Origin: an uncultured Akkermansia sp. | Lineage (GTDB): Bacteria; Verrucomicrobiota; Kiritimatiellia; RFP12; JAAYNR01 | DNA length: 64,000 nt | NCBI GenBank assembly: GCA_964580075.1 | Contig: CAZOJL010000001.1 | Coordinates: forward strand, 11,238-75,237 | Direction of reading: 5' to 3' | Shown: positions 18,416 through 29,130 of the stretch, piece after piece | Layout of the letters: each line of letters starts with the position of its first letter | Position numbering within the stretch: position 1 is the stretch's first letter | Position numbers and translations under genes: made by a program | The notes under the pieces: generated by a model | The model's database searches: none | The model's input: the letters and a program-made list of their open reading frames with translations, nothing else | What the model was told of the DNA's origin: nothing

Positions 18416-19711
18416 TCAGATCACCTCGATGGCGCCTCCGTCGGTGAGTTGCGTCTGTCCCTCGGTGATGACGGCCTCCCCGGCTTCAAGCCCGGTGAGA
18501 ATCTCCACCCAGCCGTCATTCTGCCATCCGGTCTCGACGGCGCGGAGGACGGCCCGTCCATCCGCCGCCACGAACACGACCGGCCTGCCGTTTCGCAGGA
18601 GGACGGCGGCGGCGGGAACGCCGAGGCTCTGGCGTGTCTCAAAAACGAGGGTCAGCTCGGCCATGGCGCCGGGAACAACGCCTGTCGGCGCGTGCGACAC
18701 CTCGCCTTTGATCTCAAACGTCCGCAGGACCGGATTGATCGTCGGAGAGCAGGTCGTGACCACAGCGACGCCTGCATCGCGCCCCCCCACGCCCAATCGA
18801 AACGCGGTCTCGCCCACGCGGATCTCGGTATAATACTGGGCGGGAAGATAGGCCGCCGCCTCGATCACCGAGAGGTCGTCAATGCGCAGCAGCACCCGGC
18901 CAATGGCCATCTGCTCGCCCGGTTCCGCGTGGCGCTCGCTCACCACGCCCGAAAGCGGCGCGAGCACGCGGGTATCCTCCAGGTTCTTGCGGGCAATCGC
19001 AAGCGATGCTTCCGCCTGCCGCACCTGCCGCTCGGCCAGCTCCGCCTGTGCGACCGCGACGGCAACACCCGCCCGCGCCTGCGCATCCCGCACGACCGAT
19101 CCCTCGTACTCGTGCTCGCTGACCTGCTTCTGGCTGCGCAGGCGTTCAAACCGCTCGAAGTCGAGTTTCGCCTTGTGGGCTTCGGCTTCCGCCTTCCCCT
19201 GCAAGGCCCGAGCGACCGTGAAGGCGGCCTGGGAAACCGCCAGATTCTGCACGGCGATGGTCACGGCGTTTTCCCGGCTGACCGGGTCAATCTGAAAGAG
19301 CGGCGTCTCTTCGGCTACCACGGCGTCGCCGACATCCACCCAGATCGCGTCCAGGTTGCCGTCGGCGCGGGCGGCGACATGGGCGAAACGCCTGGCCTCC
19401 AGCGTGCCCTGCACCGTGAGGCGCCGTTCGAAGGCGCGGACGGCGCACGGGTGACTCCGCACCGCGAGACGGCGGATCGGCGCGGCCGCTGCAGCACCAG
19501 CGGGCGCTTCCTGACGCCCACAGCCGGAAACCAGCACGCAGAACAGGCAGACGACACCCGCGACGGAGCGGCCGCCCGCGTTGCCGAATCCGCTGCGGAC
19601 GCCCCAGCGCGGCGTCTCGCCCACCGCGGATGACGGCCCTCGGGGGGCGGCAACCCGTTCACGGCTGAACCCATCCGGGACGGCGGGTGCGTGCTGACAT
19701 GTTTTTTTCAT
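18416..19711 (-). CDS. Efflux RND periplasmic adaptor subunit (lipoprotein)
   Basis: Start moved to MKKTCQ (19711) to avoid a 110-bp overlap with the TolC gene. Lipobox VLVSGCG. Coiled-coil hairpin plus beta-barrel regions. Confidence 0.75.
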   Translation of the reverse strand: MKKTCQHAPAVPDGFSRERVAAPRGPSSAVGETPRWGVRSGFGNAGGRSVAGVVCLFCVLVSGCGRQEAPAGAAAAAPIRRLAVRSHPCAVRAFERRLTVQGTLEARRFAHVAARADGNLDAIWVDVGDAVVAEETPLFQIDPVSRENAVTIAVQNLAVSQAAFTVARALQGKAEAEAHKAKLDFERFERLRSQKQVSEHEYEGSVVRDAQARAGVAVAVAQAELAERQVRQAEASLAIARKNLEDTRVLAPLSGVVSERHAEPGEQMAIGRVLLRIDDLSVIEAAAYLPAQYYTEIRVGETAFRLGVGGRDAGVAVVTTCSPTINPVLRTFEIKGEVSHAPTGVVPGAMAELTLVFETRQSLGVPAAAVLLRNGRPVVFVAADGRAVLRAVETGWQNDGWVEILTGLEAGEAVITEGQTQLTDGGAIEVI

Positions 19712-19739
19712 AAGCCTCTCGCGTGTGCGTAGGGTGGGA

Positions 19740-21086
19740 TCATTCCGGCAGGGGGGTGAGCCCGATGGCCAGTTCGAGGTTGGCGGTGGCGATGCGTTCC
19801 CGATAGCGCGTGCGCACGAGTTCGACGTGCGCACGGTCCATCTCCGCACGGGCGTCGAGCGCGTCGATCACCGGCAGCAGCCCTTCGAGTGCTTTGGCCT
19901 CGTAATCGGCGGTCTTGACAACAGCAATCTCGTAAGCGCGCTGCCGCAGCCGCGCGGCCTCGGCCGCGTCCCGCCGGAACGACTCGGCGGCAATCACCCG
20001 GATCATCACCGAGAGAAAAGCGGCTTCGCGGGCCCATTCGGCCTGGCGCCGCTCAATCTTGGACGCCCGATACCGCGCCACATTCGCCAGACCGTCAAAC
20101 AGCGTCCAGACACCCGCAAGGCCCGACGCCCAGTTGGACGCCTGCAGGGCGAACTCATCAGCCGTCCACGTGCCGTTGGCAAACAGGGACATGGTCGGCA
20201 GAAACGCGCAAAACGCCTGCCTTACCCGATTTTCCTGAATGACAATCGCGCGATCCGCAAGCGCCAGTTCGGGGTGGATTTCCAGCGCGCGCAGCACGAG
20301 CGTCTCAACCGATCCCCCCGGCGCGTCGGGAGCGGCGGCCACCCCCGAAAGGCGGATCTCGGCCAGGGGGGAGAGCCCCATACAGATAAGCAATTCGCTG
20401 CGGGCGAGCATCAGGGCGCGCCGCGTCTGATCCAACTCGGCGTCGCGGGCTTCGGCCAGATAATTCGCCTGGTCGCGCTCCCATGGTTTGACAAAACCTT
20501 CAGCCGCAAAGGCGTTGACGCGATCCGCCGTCTCATGCGCGGCGGCGGCCTGCGATTCAAGAGCGGCAACGGTATCCTGCTGGACGAGCACCTCGAAATA
20601 GGCGGTCGTCGTCTGCACCACAATCCCCTGCCGCACGTAGGCCGCCGCAATCTCCGTCGAGGCGTAACCGTGACGGGCTGCGGCATAGAGGAACCAGGAG
20701 GACGGCATGAAGATCGGCATGCTTACATCCAGCGCGGCGCGTTCAAAACGGCGCTCGCTCTGCGGCGGCTTCTTGGCGTGGGAGGTGTAGCCCGCCGAAG
20801 CGGCAACCGTGGGAAGAAATGCGGTGAACGCGACATTCTTGCCAATGCGACTCAGGGCGAGGTCAAGATCGGCCTTGCGGATGGCGTAATTGTTGGTCAT
20901 CGCGATCCGCACGCAGCCGGCAAGGGAGAGCGGGTGCGCCAGCTCGGTTGCGGCCAACTGTGTCAACGTCTGGTTAAAGGCTTCGGTGTGCGCGCGGCGC
21001 ACCTGCGCCGCATCGTAGGAAGCGCAGCCCCCGGCCAGCAGAAACGCCGCAAGAAGGCCGACGCGCCGCACGGCAGCAATCCTCAT
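19740..21086 (-). CDS. TolC-family outer membrane efflux protein
   Basis: Two-repeat TolC architecture. Start placed at MRIAAVRRVGLLAAFLLAGGCAS (lipoprotein-like signal). Confidence 0.7.
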   Translation of the reverse strand: MRIAAVRRVGLLAAFLLAGGCASYDAAQVRRAHTEAFNQTLTQLAATELAHPLSLAGCVRIAMTNNYAIRKADLDLALSRIGKNVAFTAFLPTVAASAGYTSHAKKPPQSERRFERAALDVSMPIFMPSSWFLYAAARHGYASTEIAAAYVRQGIVVQTTTAYFEVLVQQDTVAALESQAAAAHETADRVNAFAAEGFVKPWERDQANYLAEARDAELDQTRRALMLARSELLICMGLSPLAEIRLSGVAAAPDAPGGSVETLVLRALEIHPELALADRAIVIQENRVRQAFCAFLPTMSLFANGTWTADEFALQASNWASGLAGVWTLFDGLANVARYRASKIERRQAEWAREAAFLSVMIRVIAAESFRRDAAEAARLRQRAYEIAVVKTADYEAKALEGLLPVIDALDARAEMDRAHVELVRTRYRERIATANLELAIGLTPLPE

Positions 21087-21154
21087 GACGGACGGACGCA
21101 TCGGCACCCCGTGATGGCGTAGGGTGGCGGGCGTCGTATCATGTGCGGATACGC

Positions 21155-21670
21155 TCACGGCTGCCCCCCGGGGTCAGGGGACTGGAGCGGCCCTGCCTCG
21201 GCATTCTGACGCGCCAGAGTGTCGGCATAGCATTGCACCGCGTGTTTGAACCGGCCGAACTCGCCGACCGGAATCGCCGCCAGGGCAACCGTCTCGAACG
21301 CCAGCAGGTCGGCCAGCATGCGGGCGCCAAGCGCCGTTCCTTTCGACGTCAGCTCGATCCGTTTGCGCCGCCGGTCGCTCGGGTGGGGCGCGCGCAAGAC
21401 CAACCCGCGGGATTCAAGCGTGTCGAGAACGAAGGTCATGGTCTGACGCGGAAAATGGGTGACCTCGGCCAACACGGCCGGTTCGGCATCCTCGGGGTGA
21501 ACATGGAGGTGAACCAACACCATGCCCGCGTTTGACGGCAACTCCCACCGCTGCCCCCGTGCCATGAATTGCTGATAGATACAGCGCCAGAGCGGCAACA
21601 TACTGGTCTCGGGAAGACCGTCCGGTCGGCGCTTCGCGGCCGGAAGTGACTGTACGGGTGATTGTGGCAT
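21155..21670 (-). CDS. MarR family transcriptional regulator
   Basis: 171 aa. Winged-helix region ARGQRWELPSNAGMVLVHLHVHPEDAEPAVLAEVTHFPRQTMTFVLDTLESRGLVLRAPHPSDRRRKRIELT. Heads the efflux operon. Confidence 0.75.
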   Translation of the reverse strand: MPQSPVQSLPAAKRRPDGLPETSMLPLWRCIYQQFMARGQRWELPSNAGMVLVHLHVHPEDAEPAVLAEVTHFPRQTMTFVLDTLESRGLVLRAPHPSDRRRKRIELTSKGTALGARMLADLLAFETVALAAIPVGEFGRFKHAVQCYADTLARQNAEAGPLQSPDPGGQP

Positions 21671-21841
21671 AACAGACCTGCCGCTCCTTTAGTTCAGTTT
21701 CAGATAATACAATGTTGGATCATTTGTGTCAACCGCCCTGCTTGCCACTTTCCCCTGTCACTTTCCCCTTGCCTTTCAGATAGCCAAGTGCCACAATCCG
21801 AGGGTCGTTTGTCTTCAAGTCGCTTTTGGCCAGGGACTTTC

Positions 21842-22939
21842 ATGCGCATTCTTCACCGCTACGTGCTCACCTCGTTTCTTGTGCCGCTGGCGTATTGTCT
21901 GGCGACGTTTATCTCGCTCTACGTCCTCATTGATCTGATTGACTCCTTCGCCACAATAGCTGCGGCCAAGCCGTCGTTCAGCGTGGTTGCCGCTTACTTT
22001 GCCGGCGTTGTGGCGCCGTATCTCGAATGGCTGTTCGCGGCCGCTCTGCTGCTCGCTTCCCTGTATACCATGTGGCAGCTTTGCCGCCACAGCGAAGTCA
22101 CGGCGATGCGCGCCAGCGGGTTGGGGTTCGGCACCATCATTGCGCCGATGATCAGCGTAGCGGTCGTCCTCTCGATGCTGAGCGCGCTGAATCTCGAATG
22201 GTTCGCTCCCTACGCGGCCGAGAACGTCAAGCGCCTCGATCGAAACCAGTTCCGCCTGGAGCCCTCCGACATTCGTACGGATATCCACTACTACAACACA
22301 TCCGAGCGGCGCAACTGGCGCATCAACCGCATGGACATTCTCTCCCCCGGAATACTCGAGGGGGTGCGCATCACCTTCGAGCGTCCGAACGGCACCCGGG
22401 AGTTGGACATAGCCTGCAAGCGAGCCGAGTACCGGGACGGCGTGTGGTGGCTGTTCACCCCCCAACACACCTGGTTTGACGATCTCGACATGCAGATCGA
22501 AACACCCATGCCGCAGCTTGACACCCTCTCGCTCCGTCCCATGCCGTTGTTGTACGAGCGACCGGAAGACTTTGTCAATGAAACCCGGGAGTGGGCGCAT
22601 CTCCCCATCCGTGCGCGTCTCCGCTACATCCGAGTCCATCCCGACCTGAGCAACGACGAACGCAACTCGAAGTGGTACGACATCCATTATCGTTTCGCCG
22701 CCCCCTGGGCGGGTACGATCATCACCCTCTTCGCCATCCCCATGGGTGTCGCGACCGGCCGCCAGGGGGTGTTCAAGGGGATTCTAACGGCCATCGCCCT
22801 CTTCTTCGGCTTCTTCGCGGCGGTCAACGGCTGCATGATTCTCGCGAAGAAAGAGCTGATCCACCCGCTGCTCGGTGCGTGGCTGCCCAACGCATCCTTC
22901 TTCATCGCCGGCATCTACCTCCTCTGGCGCCAGCGTTGA
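21842..22939 (+). CDS. LptF/LptG (YjgP/YjgQ) family permease
   Basis: N-terminus MRILHRYVLTSFLVPLAYCLATFISLYVLIDLIDSF typical of LptF/G. Six predicted TM segments with a periplasmic insert. Confidence 0.65.
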   Translation: MRILHRYVLTSFLVPLAYCLATFISLYVLIDLIDSFATIAAAKPSFSVVAAYFAGVVAPYLEWLFAAALLLASLYTMWQLCRHSEVTAMRASGLGFGTIIAPMISVAVVLSMLSALNLEWFAPYAAENVKRLDRNQFRLEPSDIRTDIHYYNTSERRNWRINRMDILSPGILEGVRITFERPNGTRELDIACKRAEYRDGVWWLFTPQHTWFDDLDMQIETPMPQLDTLSLRPMPLLYERPEDFVNETREWAHLPIRARLRYIRVHPDLSNDERNSKWYDIHYRFAAPWAGTIITLFAIPMGVATGRQGVFKGILTAIALFFGFFAAVNGCMILAKKELIHPLLGAWLPNASFFIAGIYLLWRQR

Positions 22940-23049
22940 CTCTGCGACATGCCCGCGTTTCGTGATGCGTTTTGTTGTTGAGTTTTAAGCATAGATCCTC
23001 TATAACTACCGCCGACTCAGGCATGTATAGAGGCGTCAATTGCCGTTGT

Positions 23050-23139
23050 GGAGAGGTGACCGAGTGGTCGAAGGTGCAGCACTGGAAATGCTGTGTGCTC
23101 TTACGGGCACCGGGGGTTCGAATCCCTCCCTCTCCGCCA
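23050..23139 (+). tRNA. tRNA-Ser (anticodon GGA), long variable arm, CCA encoded
   Basis: GGAGAGGTGACCGAGTGGTCGAAGGTGCAGCACTGGAAATGCTGTGTGCTCTTACGGGCACCGGGGGTTCGAATCCCTCCCTCTCCGCCA. Cloverleaf with anticodon loop cuGGAaa, GTTCGAATCC T-loop, long extra arm. Confidence 0.85.
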
Positions 23140-23160
23140 AATGCCTTGTCTCCCCCTTTT

Positions 23161-23874
23161 CTAGAAATAGAGTTCTACGAGGGAGTTGTAGACTCCCGGC
23201 GCGCCAAACATCGGACATTTCCGTTGTTTCATCACGTTATCAAGCCCTTGGATGGCTTCGCGCGAAAGTTCTTTCAACGCGCGACCGGCTGCGAGCGCCT
23301 GAAGGATGGAATAGGCCGACATTTCGAGCAATTCGACGTTCATCATCGTATACTCAATCCCTTCGGGACTCATGGTGACCAGCCCATGGTTTTCCATGAT
23401 AAAACTGTTGTACTTCCGGATGAAAGGCTCGAAGTGATCCGCCAGTTGCTGCGTCAGCGGCTCGCCGTATGGAACAATCGGAACCGGACCGACTTCATGC
23501 GCTGTCTCGGGGAAAAAGGGACGCATGAGCAGGTTGGGGCCATCCATGATGGCGAAAGCGCCGACATGAGGCGCGTGGCAGTGGATCACGGACTTGATAT
23601 CCGGCCGATCCTGAAAGAATTTCAGATACATCGGGCGTTCACCGGTCGGACGGCGGGTACCTGCGACCGTGTCGCCGGCCATGTTGATGAACACCACATC
23701 GTCTTGGGTGATGTCGCCTTTGTTCATCAGGGTCGGCGTGATCAGGATCAGATCATCCTCCAGCCTCCAGGCGGCGTTGCCGCCGTACCCGGTGACGTAC
23801 ATGTTGGATGCCAACCGACCGGTGACTTTTGTAAAGGCGATGATTTCTTCGGCATAGTGATCAGCTAAAAACAT
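23161..23874 (-). CDS. Class II aldolase/adducin family protein (fuculose-phosphate aldolase/ribulose-5-P epimerase-like)
   Basis: 237 aa. Conserved core ...SVIHCHAPHVGAF. Strong RBS AAGGAGAA before the ATG. Confidence 0.65.
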   Translation of the reverse strand: MFLADHYAEEIIAFTKVTGRLASNMYVTGYGGNAAWRLEDDLILITPTLMNKGDITQDDVVFINMAGDTVAGTRRPTGERPMYLKFFQDRPDIKSVIHCHAPHVGAFAIMDGPNLLMRPFFPETAHEVGPVPIVPYGEPLTQQLADHFEPFIRKYNSFIMENHGLVTMSPEGIEYTMMNVELLEMSAYSILQALAAGRALKELSREAIQGLDNVMKQRKCPMFGAPGVYNSLVELYF

Positions 23875-24207
23875 GGGGTTCTCCTTACGGTTTCATGATG
23901 CGTGATACGAAATCGCTATCGCCTGGCACCGGTCCGCACACCGAGAGCGTGCCGGAACCGGTCTGGCGCAGCGATGTCGCGGTGAGCAGGATGGCAAAAG
24001 CGGGGATAACTGTCAAGGGTGCCGGTTGGGCGTTCAGCAATTATTAGACGTGTTGTGCCGCGAGCCAAAAATCTTGCCTTTTTCAGAATAACACTGTAGG
24101 ATTCACGTTCATCCATATGGCAGGTTTGCGGATCGGCCTTATTACATCACGGAATCCTATTCGTCCTTGAATTTGATTTGCTTTTTTTCTGACACGAGGA
24201 GACGGCT

Positions 24208-24648
24208 ATGCATGAAACAAAAATCTTTGATTCGAAGCGGACGCCTTCACCGGCGGAGAAGAACGACATCATCGATTTCCTTTTTGAACACTTGGATGCC
24301 TTTGGCGACCCCAAGGCCGCAATCGAAAAAGCGTATGACTTTGCGCTTCGGGAGTCAGACTCTTTGGGTGGGCTTGTTCTTGTCCACTATCGAGATGCGA
24401 AAATTGCCGGTGCGGTTGTGCTGAATCGCACGGGTATGAAAGATTATATTCCCGAGAATATTCTCGTCTATATTGCCACACGTCGAGAATGGAGGGGTCA
24501 AGGGATAGGCAAGCAGCTCATGACTCAAACAGTTGCGATGGCTGATGGGAATGTGGCCTTGCATGTGGAACCGGATAATCCTGCCAGATTTCTGTATGAA
24601 AAAGTGGGGTTCACTACGAAATACATCGAGATGCGATTGATCAAATAG
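24208..24648 (+). CDS. GNAT family N-acetyltransferase
   Basis: Acetyl-CoA binding motif RREWRGQGIGKQLM. Low-GC gene, RBS AGGAGA. Confidence 0.65.
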   Translation: MHETKIFDSKRTPSPAEKNDIIDFLFEHLDAFGDPKAAIEKAYDFALRESDSLGGLVLVHYRDAKIAGAVVLNRTGMKDYIPENILVYIATRREWRGQGIGKQLMTQTVAMADGNVALHVEPDNPARFLYEKVGFTTKYIEMRLIK

Positions 24649-24722
24649 GGATGCGCGCATCGCGCTGTCAGTGCGCATCGTTTCCAGAGCCGTCTCTCGC
24701 TCAACAATAAAGGTAACATTGT

Positions 24723-25796
24723 ATGGCGTTTGTAACATTGAATAAGCAGAAATTGAAGGACAATTTTGATTTCCTCGATGCGCTGTTCCGGCAACACGGC
24801 ATTCAATGGTCCGTTGTCTCAAAAGTATTGAGCGGAAATATCGACTATTTGACCGAATTATTGACTCTGGGAATCAAACAAATCTGCGATTCGCGGATTA
24901 CAAATCTCAAACGGATCAAGGCGATCAATCCCGCGATCGAAACGATATACATCAAGCCTCCGGCCAAGCGTGCGGTGAGCAGCGTGGTCAAGTATGCCGA
25001 CATTAGTATGAACACGGAGATTGACACGATCCGGCATTTATCGGAGGAAGCGCAGAGGCAAAACAAGATTCATAAGATCATTATCATGGTCGAGCTGGGT
25101 GAACTCCGCGAGGGGGTCATGCGGGATGACCTGGTTCAGTTCTATGAAGATGTGTTTACCCTGAAAAATGTCGAAGTCATCGGCATTGGCACGAATTTGT
25201 CCTGCCTGTACGGCGTGCTGCCGAATCACGACAAACTGATCCAATTGAGCTTGTATAAACAATTGATCGAAGCCAAGTTGAACAAACGATTGTGCTATGT
25301 TTCGGGAGGGTCATCGGTGACAATCCCGCTCATCAGGCAACACTTACTCCCGAAAGGCGTGAATCATTTTCGAGTGGGGGAAACCCTGTTTCTGGGCACA
25401 GACGTCTATCATAATACGCCCTTTCAGAAGATGCATGATGATGTGTTCAGACTATACGCCGAGATCATTGAGTTGATCGAGAAGCCGGTTGTGCCCATGG
25501 GGGAGTGTGGGACGAATGTTGAAGGTCACACGTTTGAATTTGATCGTCAGCAGGTGGGCAAGACGTCGCATCGCGCCATCGTCGATTTGGGCCTGCTGGA
25601 TGTTGATGAAAACCACCTGAAACCTGCCAATGCGGCAACAGCCATAGTGGGTGCCAGTTCGGATATGCTGGTTATTGATCTGGGCGAGAACGTCGATCAG
25701 AAATATAAAGTCGGTGACTTGCTCGAGTTTAAGATGGACTACATGGGTGTGCTGAGAATCATGAATTCTAAATACATCGAGAAAAAGCTGGTGTGA
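24723..25796 (+). CDS. Alanine racemase-fold (type III PLP) domain protein, YhfX/ornithine-racemase-like
   Basis: 357 aa. N-terminal TIM-barrel-like segment with WSVVSKVLSGN (putative PLP-Lys region), C-terminal beta domain. Low GC. Confidence 0.5.
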   Translation: MAFVTLNKQKLKDNFDFLDALFRQHGIQWSVVSKVLSGNIDYLTELLTLGIKQICDSRITNLKRIKAINPAIETIYIKPPAKRAVSSVVKYADISMNTEIDTIRHLSEEAQRQNKIHKIIIMVELGELREGVMRDDLVQFYEDVFTLKNVEVIGIGTNLSCLYGVLPNHDKLIQLSLYKQLIEAKLNKRLCYVSGGSSVTIPLIRQHLLPKGVNHFRVGETLFLGTDVYHNTPFQKMHDDVFRLYAEIIELIEKPVVPMGECGTNVEGHTFEFDRQQVGKTSHRAIVDLGLLDVDENHLKPANAATAIVGASSDMLVIDLGENVDQKYKVGDLLEFKMDYMGVLRIMNSKYIEKKLV

Positions 25797-25995
25797 TTTC
25801 TAGGCTGGGACAGGTGGCCTGTCAGCGACCACATAGCCGGCACATCTGACCGGCCGACTGACAGCCCCAAAGAAAAACTTGTTTTCGGCTTGAAACGGGT
25901 CGGCACGCGAATTGCTAATATGTACTCGATGACTTGATGGAGGCGAATGCGATGCCAGCGTACCCCATTTAAGCCATTAGGCGAGGCAAGGCAAC

Positions 25996-26244
25996 ATGAA
26001 CTCGATTATCATAGGACTTCATTGGATCGGTTTGATCGTCTTTCTTATGGGTGCGATTCAATTTCTCATTGCTGAATGTTCCATCAACTTCTGGTGGCTC
26101 TTGGGGGGCATCTTCTTCCCCATTGTCGACCTTGTCTTTCTCTGTGTCCACTTTGATGAAGCATGGCCGTCCACCAAGAAATGCTTGATCGGGGTACTCT
26201 TGGTAGCCACAGGGGCCTACTTGCATTCAGGAGGAATAGCCTAG
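25996..26244 (+). CDS. Small hydrophobic membrane protein (82 aa)
   Basis: Two to three predicted TM helices. Low-GC context. Confidence 0.3.
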   Translation: MNSIIIGLHWIGLIVFLMGAIQFLIAECSINFWWLLGGIFFPIVDLVFLCVHFDEAWPSTKKCLIGVLLVATGAYLHSGGIA

Positions 26245-27023
26245 AAACGCGGCCAGGAACGGCAGATGTTTGAGGTGAAGACCCAGGCTCGGAGGACGTT
26301 ATGTCATACCCTTCACGTCATAAGCATAAGGATTCGGCCCTCTGCCGGCAGGATAGACGGCTGATGCCGCGCCCGTCCGGCACGATATGCGCGCAGGAGC
26401 TGAACAAGCGACACAAACTTCTCGTGATCGCGGCCTGCGCCGGACTGCTTACGGCGGGGTGGTGGATTCCGCACACCTCCGAGCTGTGTCTCTCGTGGTA
26501 TCATCAGCTCGATACAGCGGCTTCATACATGATCCATCAGGGGAACATCCCCTTGATCACCGCGTTACACCAATCGGGCTACAAGATCATTCCGAGAAGA
26601 TCTACCTATCTTCTGGTCACCCAACTTCCCCCATTCTGGGATGCTCTCAAGCGGTTCATGCTGGCTTCTCCTCAGACCGTGGGCGGCGCCGAAGCGGGGA
26701 ACGACGAGACAACGCTGGGGTGGCGCCGCGTCACCCCGGAAGGTTCTGAACGACTCCCTGAGCCGATCGCGTCACGCCCCTTCTTCGGTCTTGTTGTTCC
26801 TTCACACTTTCGTCATGCGAGACAGCCTGACAATACCCCTGCCGGCCCGTAAGCCGGGCGGCCCGAAGGCCCAAAGAAGCGGTATTGCAAGAACCTCCTG
26901 TTCATTTTCAACCAGATTACCTTATTTTTGGGAATATTTTCTTATTTGTGCCATTCCTTTTCTCATCGCTGCATGAATCGCGCATTCACAAGGCTTCGCA
27001 TCGGTTGCCGTCGGTTGCGAAAT

Positions 27024-27776
27024 TCAGCGTCCGACACCCATGCCCGTTTTTTTTAGGTAGTCGAAACTGTCGCGCACAGCCTGCGTCATGTCTGAGGCGC
27101 ATTCGTCAAGTTCCACAACGAGCCAAGCCGTGTTTATTCCAGCCGCCTTGACGATGTCCGGAATGTTCATTTTTCCCTGGCCCACGGCGGTGTGGGGCTG
27201 ACCGTGCACCAACGGCCCATCCTTGATGTGGAGCAGTTTGATCTGCTTCTGGTGAGCCTTGACGATCAAGGGCACGTCGACCCGGTTGAAGTTGGACGCC
27301 CAGTAAACATCAAGCTCGCTGAAGACGTCGGGACAGCCTTCCAGGAAACGGCTGTACCCGTAGCGCCCTTCGACAAGGTCGAACTCCCACCAGTGGTTGT
27401 GGTAACCCATCTGCAGGCCGTGCGGCTTCAGCAGTTCGGCGGCGGCTTGGAACTTCTCGGCACTCGCCTTGATCGCATCCATCGTCCTGAACGCGTCACC
27501 GCCGAGCCCGGAAATGATATAGTCGTAGCCTAGGGTCTTGGCGGTGTCCACGATTTCGCTGACATTGTCCTGCGTGGGCAGGCTGCTGTGGGCGGACGAT
27601 ACGACCAGGCCCAGATCGTCGGCCATCTTGCGCACCTCCCGGGCTGTCTTTCCCGCCAGACCTGCGGGTTCAACACCCTTGTATCCCATTGCTGAAAGAT
27701 CCTTGAGAACACCGGCGAGATCCGCGGCGGTGCGCTCGCGGAGCGAATAGAGCTGAACACTGATCGGTCGCTTCAT
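27024..27776 (-). CDS. Sugar phosphate isomerase/epimerase (xylose isomerase-like TIM barrel)
   Basis: MKRPISVQLYSLRERTAADLAGVLKDLSAMGYKGVEPAG... typical of AP-endonuclease-2/xylose-isomerase-like TIM barrels. Start moved to the internal Met. Confidence 0.6.
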   Translation of the reverse strand: MKRPISVQLYSLRERTAADLAGVLKDLSAMGYKGVEPAGLAGKTAREVRKMADDLGLVVSSAHSSLPTQDNVSEIVDTAKTLGYDYIISGLGGDAFRTMDAIKASAEKFQAAAELLKPHGLQMGYHNHWWEFDLVEGRYGYSRFLEGCPDVFSELDVYWASNFNRVDVPLIVKAHQKQIKLLHIKDGPLVHGQPHTAVGQGKMNIPDIVKAAGINTAWLVVELDECASDMTQAVRDSFDYLKKTGMGVGR

Positions 27777-28044
27777 GGTATTGCGGTTCCCCCTGATGGC
27801 TGCGAATGAAATGGGTACTCCATCCCTCGAGCGGCATTGAGCGGCTGTTTTCGAACGGCGGTAATCGCCGCTTTTTTTCAAGACGATAGTGCATTCTTTC
27901 CGGGTCGTCAAGGCCGGATCGGAAGCGTACGTAATGCGCCATAACATCTGGCCATCAAATACCCTTGCGGTGATTCGCGAACCGGCGTATGATTAAAAAG
28001 GTTTTATGAGAAAAAGCAAGGGTTTGTTGAAAGGACAGGACACC

Positions 28045-29130
28045 ATGCACGTCAGCGCGAGCGCATCCGGAGAATCCCGCTTTGAGCCCCTCGCAGATGA
28101 TGTCGAAGCGGTCGAAAAGCTTGGCGAAGCTCGCACGCGGGTTCAGACCGAGTTGAAGAAAGTAATCATCGGCATGGATCAAGTGATTGACGAGGTCATG
28201 ATCGCCATCTTCAGCGTGGGCCATGGGCTTCTTGAAGGGGTGCCGGGACTGGCCAAGACGCTGTTGATCAGTTCCCTCGCCAAGACCCTTTCCATGTCCT
28301 TCCGGCGCATTCAGTTCACGCCGGACCTGATGCCTTCCGACATTACCGGAACCGAAATTCTGCAGGACGATCCTCAAACGGGCCAGCGGCGGTTTGTCTT
28401 CAGCAAGGGACCCGTTTTTGCCAACATCATCCTGGCAGACGAAATCAACCGAACCCCGCCCAAGACTCAGGCGGCTCTGCTGGAAGCCATGCAGGAGAAG
28501 AAGATTTCGGTCGGAGGCGAGGACTTTCCTCTGGACCGGCCGTTCTTCATACTGGCCACGCAGAACCCGCTGGAACAGGAAGGCACTTACCCGCTTCCGG
28601 AAGCCCAGCTTGATCGGTTCATGCTCAAGATCCTGGTAGGCTATCCGAGCGCGGAGGAGGAACTCCAGATCATGAAGACAATCACCACCCGGATCGAGCC
28701 GGAGCTGGATCTGAAGGCGGTGTTGGGCAAACAGGAGACAATAACCCTGCAGAACCTGGTGCGCCGGGTGCCGGTGGCGGATCACATCTACGAGTATGTG
28801 GCGACATTGGTGCGCGCGACGCGGCCGGGCGAAGCCGGCACGCCCGATTTTGTCAACGAGTGGGTGACCTGGGGCGCAAGTCCGCGCGCGTGCCTCCACC
28901 TGATTGTCGGCGGAAAGGCGCGGGCTGTTCTGCGCGGAAGATTTCACGTAGCCATCGAAGATATCCGGGCGCTCGCCCTGCCGATCCTGCGCCATCGGAT
29001 GGGTCTAAACTTCGCGGCACACGCCGAAGGCGTGAGCACCGACGACGTTGTGAAACGGCTTCTTGAGAGTATTCCGTCTGAAGAGAGACTCTACGATGCC
29101 AGAACGAAACATCGGACTGCGACGGTCTAA
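28045..29130 (+). CDS. MoxR-family AAA+ ATPase
   Basis: Walker A GVPGLAKT, Walker B ILADEINR, overall MoxR organisation. Start at Met after AGGACAGGA. Confidence 0.85.
   Translation: MHVSASASGESRFEPLADDVEAVEKLGEARTRVQTELKKVIIGMDQVIDEVMIAIFSVGHGLLEGVPGLAKTLLISSLAKTLSMSFRRIQFTPDLMPSDITGTEILQDDPQTGQRRFVFSKGPVFANIILADEINRTPPKTQAALLEAMQEKKISVGGEDFPLDRPFFILATQNPLEQEGTYPLPEAQLDRFMLKILVGYPSAEEELQIMKTITTRIEPELDLKAVLGKQETITLQNLVRRVPVADHIYEYVATLVRATRPGEAGTPDFVNEWVTWGASPRACLHLIVGGKARAVLRGRFHVAIEDIRALALPILRHRMGLNFAAHAEGVSTDDVVKRLLESIPSEERLYDARTKHRTATV

Noticed and set aside
18416-19849. Longer 477-aa form of the RND adaptor and 472-aa form of TolC (track ORFs)
   Set aside because: Would create a 110-bp gene overlap and non-protein-like N-terminal extensions. 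Internal starts followed by lipoprotein signal peptides chosen instead.
22972-23868. 298-aa ORF covering the tRNA-Ser gene and antisense to the aldolase
   Set aside because: Overlaps a well-formed tRNA and lies antisense to a conserved class II aldolase gene. Spurious.
23880-24200. Candidate ncRNA or riboswitch in the AT-richer spacer before the GNAT gene
   Set aside because: No recognisable conserved motif (RNase P, tmRNA, SRP or common riboswitch cores) could be identified by eye. Left unannotated.
23050-26300. Integrative element at tRNA-Ser
   Set aside because: Low-GC islet is real, but no integrase/recombinase gene and no tRNA 3'-end direct repeat could be found. Reported only as a compositional islet.
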